Assembly: GCA_965249485.1 (NCBI GenBank)
Contig: OZ252239.1
Coordinates: 128,001 to 192,000 of the forward strand
DNA: 64,000 nucleotides
From: a bacterium
Lineage (GTDB): Bacteria > SM23-31
Reading direction: 5' to 3'
Shown: positions 62,461-64,000 of the stretch, one piece after another
Layout of the letters: each line of letters starts with the position of its first letter
Position numbering within the stretch: the stretch's first letter is position 1
Translations under genes and position numbers: made by a program
Notes under the pieces: generated by a model
The model's input: the letters and a program-made list of their open reading frames with translations, nothing else
Told to the model about the DNA's origin: nothing
The model's database searches: none

Positions 62461-62498
62461 TGTGTTTTCTATTTCCCGAACTATATGATTTGTGAGCC
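62461..62498. repeat. Degenerate repeat A
   Basis: tgtgttttctatttcccgaactatatgatttgtgagcc. Confidence 0.55.
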
Positions 62499-62565
62499 TA
62501 TTTGCTTGCTCTAAAATCCTCCAATAGCTTATTCACCACTTTACCTAATTTAAGGTACAATATGT

Positions 62566-64000
62566 TTATCGCCCTTTCCCAATGATATATCCTTCACGCC
62601 GATACCTGTCCCACGGCACGGGTGTAATACGGGGAAGTTTTTCATCGCGCATGGCAGCATGATACACAAAGGTTGCCATGACCACCGATGCCTGCATCAT
62701 GTTTTCCGGAACAAGTCGATCATAGACATCCATATTGGAATGGTAGGCCCGTCTTTCCATTCTGTCCTTAATAAAATCAAAACCCGGTAGTCCGAGCTCA
62801 ATGAATGCACGAGATTCGCCATTTGATACTTGTGGGATGATATGTGTCATCCCCAGGTTGTGCAGCGGCTTCATCCATTCGGTAAATATGGACCGAATCT
62901 CTTCATTTTCCATATTGTTAACACCCCGTATCTTTCCTTGCCCATCCACATTAAAATACCCACAAAAGTTCGCATGTTCAGGTTTGTATTTCTGTGTCAT
63001 CACGTCACCAAAGTGGTCATGTACGTAATTCCGGGAACCAAAATTGCCTATTTCGTGTCCACCCCAGAGAGCAACACGAATGGTGCGCCGGGGTCTGATC
63101 CCGATTGCCTTGAGGATGCGAACAGCTTCCATAGAAACAACTGCACCGAAAGCATCATCTGCCGCACCGGTACCTGCAGGATTAGCCTGAAGATGACCGC
63201 CTAACATAACTATTTCATGTGCCAGGTCTGTACCCAGAATCTCAGCAACGACATTATGATCATTGGGATTGTCTCTGAAAAAGGTCATCTTGAGTTCAAC
63301 TTCCATCTCAACAGGAATGTCTTTCTCCAAAATTCGCATGATCCGGTTATACTGTTCCGCAGCTATAACCAACTCTGTGTGAATAGGAGGAACATTATTT
63401 TCCCAAGGTCTCATTTCTGTTTCATATGCGGTATTCTCGACAGCAACGGTTCCAAAATCATTCCGCCCGTCCGTGCGTACAATTGCCGCGGCACCCTCAC
63501 CAAACACAAAATCGATAATCTCCTGCCTCGATATTCTGTCTTCACTGGGCATAGGTCTACTGCTCTCCACAGAGACCCGGGAACCAATGTGGATTTTCGC
63601 CATTTCATCGAGCTGCTCCTTCGTGTATCGCTCTGCCATTGGTTCGAAATGGGGTGTGATTTTCTGTTTCGGTCTCGTGAATATGATAGCTTTCCGTAAC
63701 TTTCCCCGGTATTGTCTCAGATCCATCTCCGAAGTAATTTCATCAAAATTGATGTAAATGACCTGCCCTCGGACCTTTCCATCGGTACCGGCTGACCAAT
63801 TCGCAGGATACGCAATGATCGGCATATACTGAGGAGACATCATGTGGACAGACGTATATTCATTCATGTAGCCGAATCCTAACTCGTATGGTTCCAGAGC
63901 AGCGTTCGAGAGACCATACTCTTCTAATTTCCCTTTAGCCCATTCTGCGGCGGCAATATATGAAGGCGTATTTACATTTCGCGGTCCAAAAACATCGCAC
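62566..64000 (-). CDS. M28-family peptidase, 5'-partial, paralog of 291-1916
   Basis: Frame stays open past 63867 to the window edge (FGPRNVNTPSYIAAAEW); GGHLQAN, LWGGHE. Confidence 0.85.
   Translation of the reverse strand, partial: CDVFGPRNVNTPSYIAAAEWAKGKLEEYGLSNAALEPYELGFGYMNEYTSVHMMSPQYMPIIAYPANWSAGTDGKVRGQVIYINFDEITSEMDLRQYRGKLRKAIIFTRPKQKITPHFEPMAERYTKEQLDEMAKIHIGSRVSVESSRPMPSEDRISRQEIIDFVFGEGAAAIVRTDGRNDFGTVAVENTAYETEMRPWENNVPPIHTELVIAAEQYNRIMRILEKDIPVEMEVELKMTFFRDNPNDHNVVAEILGTDLAHEIVMLGGHLQANPAGTGAADDAFGAVVSMEAVRILKAIGIRPRRTIRVALWGGHEIGNFGSRNYVHDHFGDVMTQKYKPEHANFCGYFNVDGQGKIRGVNNMENEEIRSIFTEWMKPLHNLGMTHIIPQVSNGESRAFIELGLPGFDFIKDRMERRAYHSNMDVYDRLVPENMMQASVVMATFVYHAAMRDEKLPRITPVPWDRYRREGYIIGKGR

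Noticed and set aside
202..62498. CRISPR interpretation of repeat A
   Set aside because: Copies are degenerate and separated by whole genes, not short spacers; no cas genes are visible
202..62498. Classical integron attC sites
   Set aside because: A and A' lack the RYYYAAC...GTTRRRY ends and the long imperfect palindrome
342..63757. Numerous short antisense or nested ORFs in the track
   Set aside because: They overlap well-supported genes and show no recognisable motifs

Overview
AT-rich bacterial accessory region with about 46 CDS, mostly on the minus strand and mostly predicted secreted hydrolases: nine divergent M24-like paralogs, one canonical M24B, two M28, one S10, five zincin-like EExxH/EHxxH proteins, two GH29, a sulfatase and an MBL hydrolase, plus transporters and an aconitase. 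The main feature is the non-coding architecture. Single genes or small gene blocks are separated by co-oriented copies of a few motifs: (A) about 16 copies of TTTTACAAGTGTTTTCTRCTCCTCGGGCTGTACGATTTGCGAAC, which carries a sigma70-like promoter and continues into a conserved leader; (A') 5 copies of GTGGACCGTGTGTGACGTTTTGCGAACCTTT; (B) 4 copies of a ~250 bp non-coding element; (C) 4 copies of the 3' half of a CAU-anticodon tRNA followed by TGACAC repeats. One full-length but imperfect tRNA(CAU) is present. A and A' read as tRNA 3'-end mimics with an altered T-loop, and their halves appear in swapped combinations. My inference is an integron-like cassette array built on tRNA-mimic att sites. No intact recombinase is in the window. 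All calls come from reading the sequence by eye; no searches were run.
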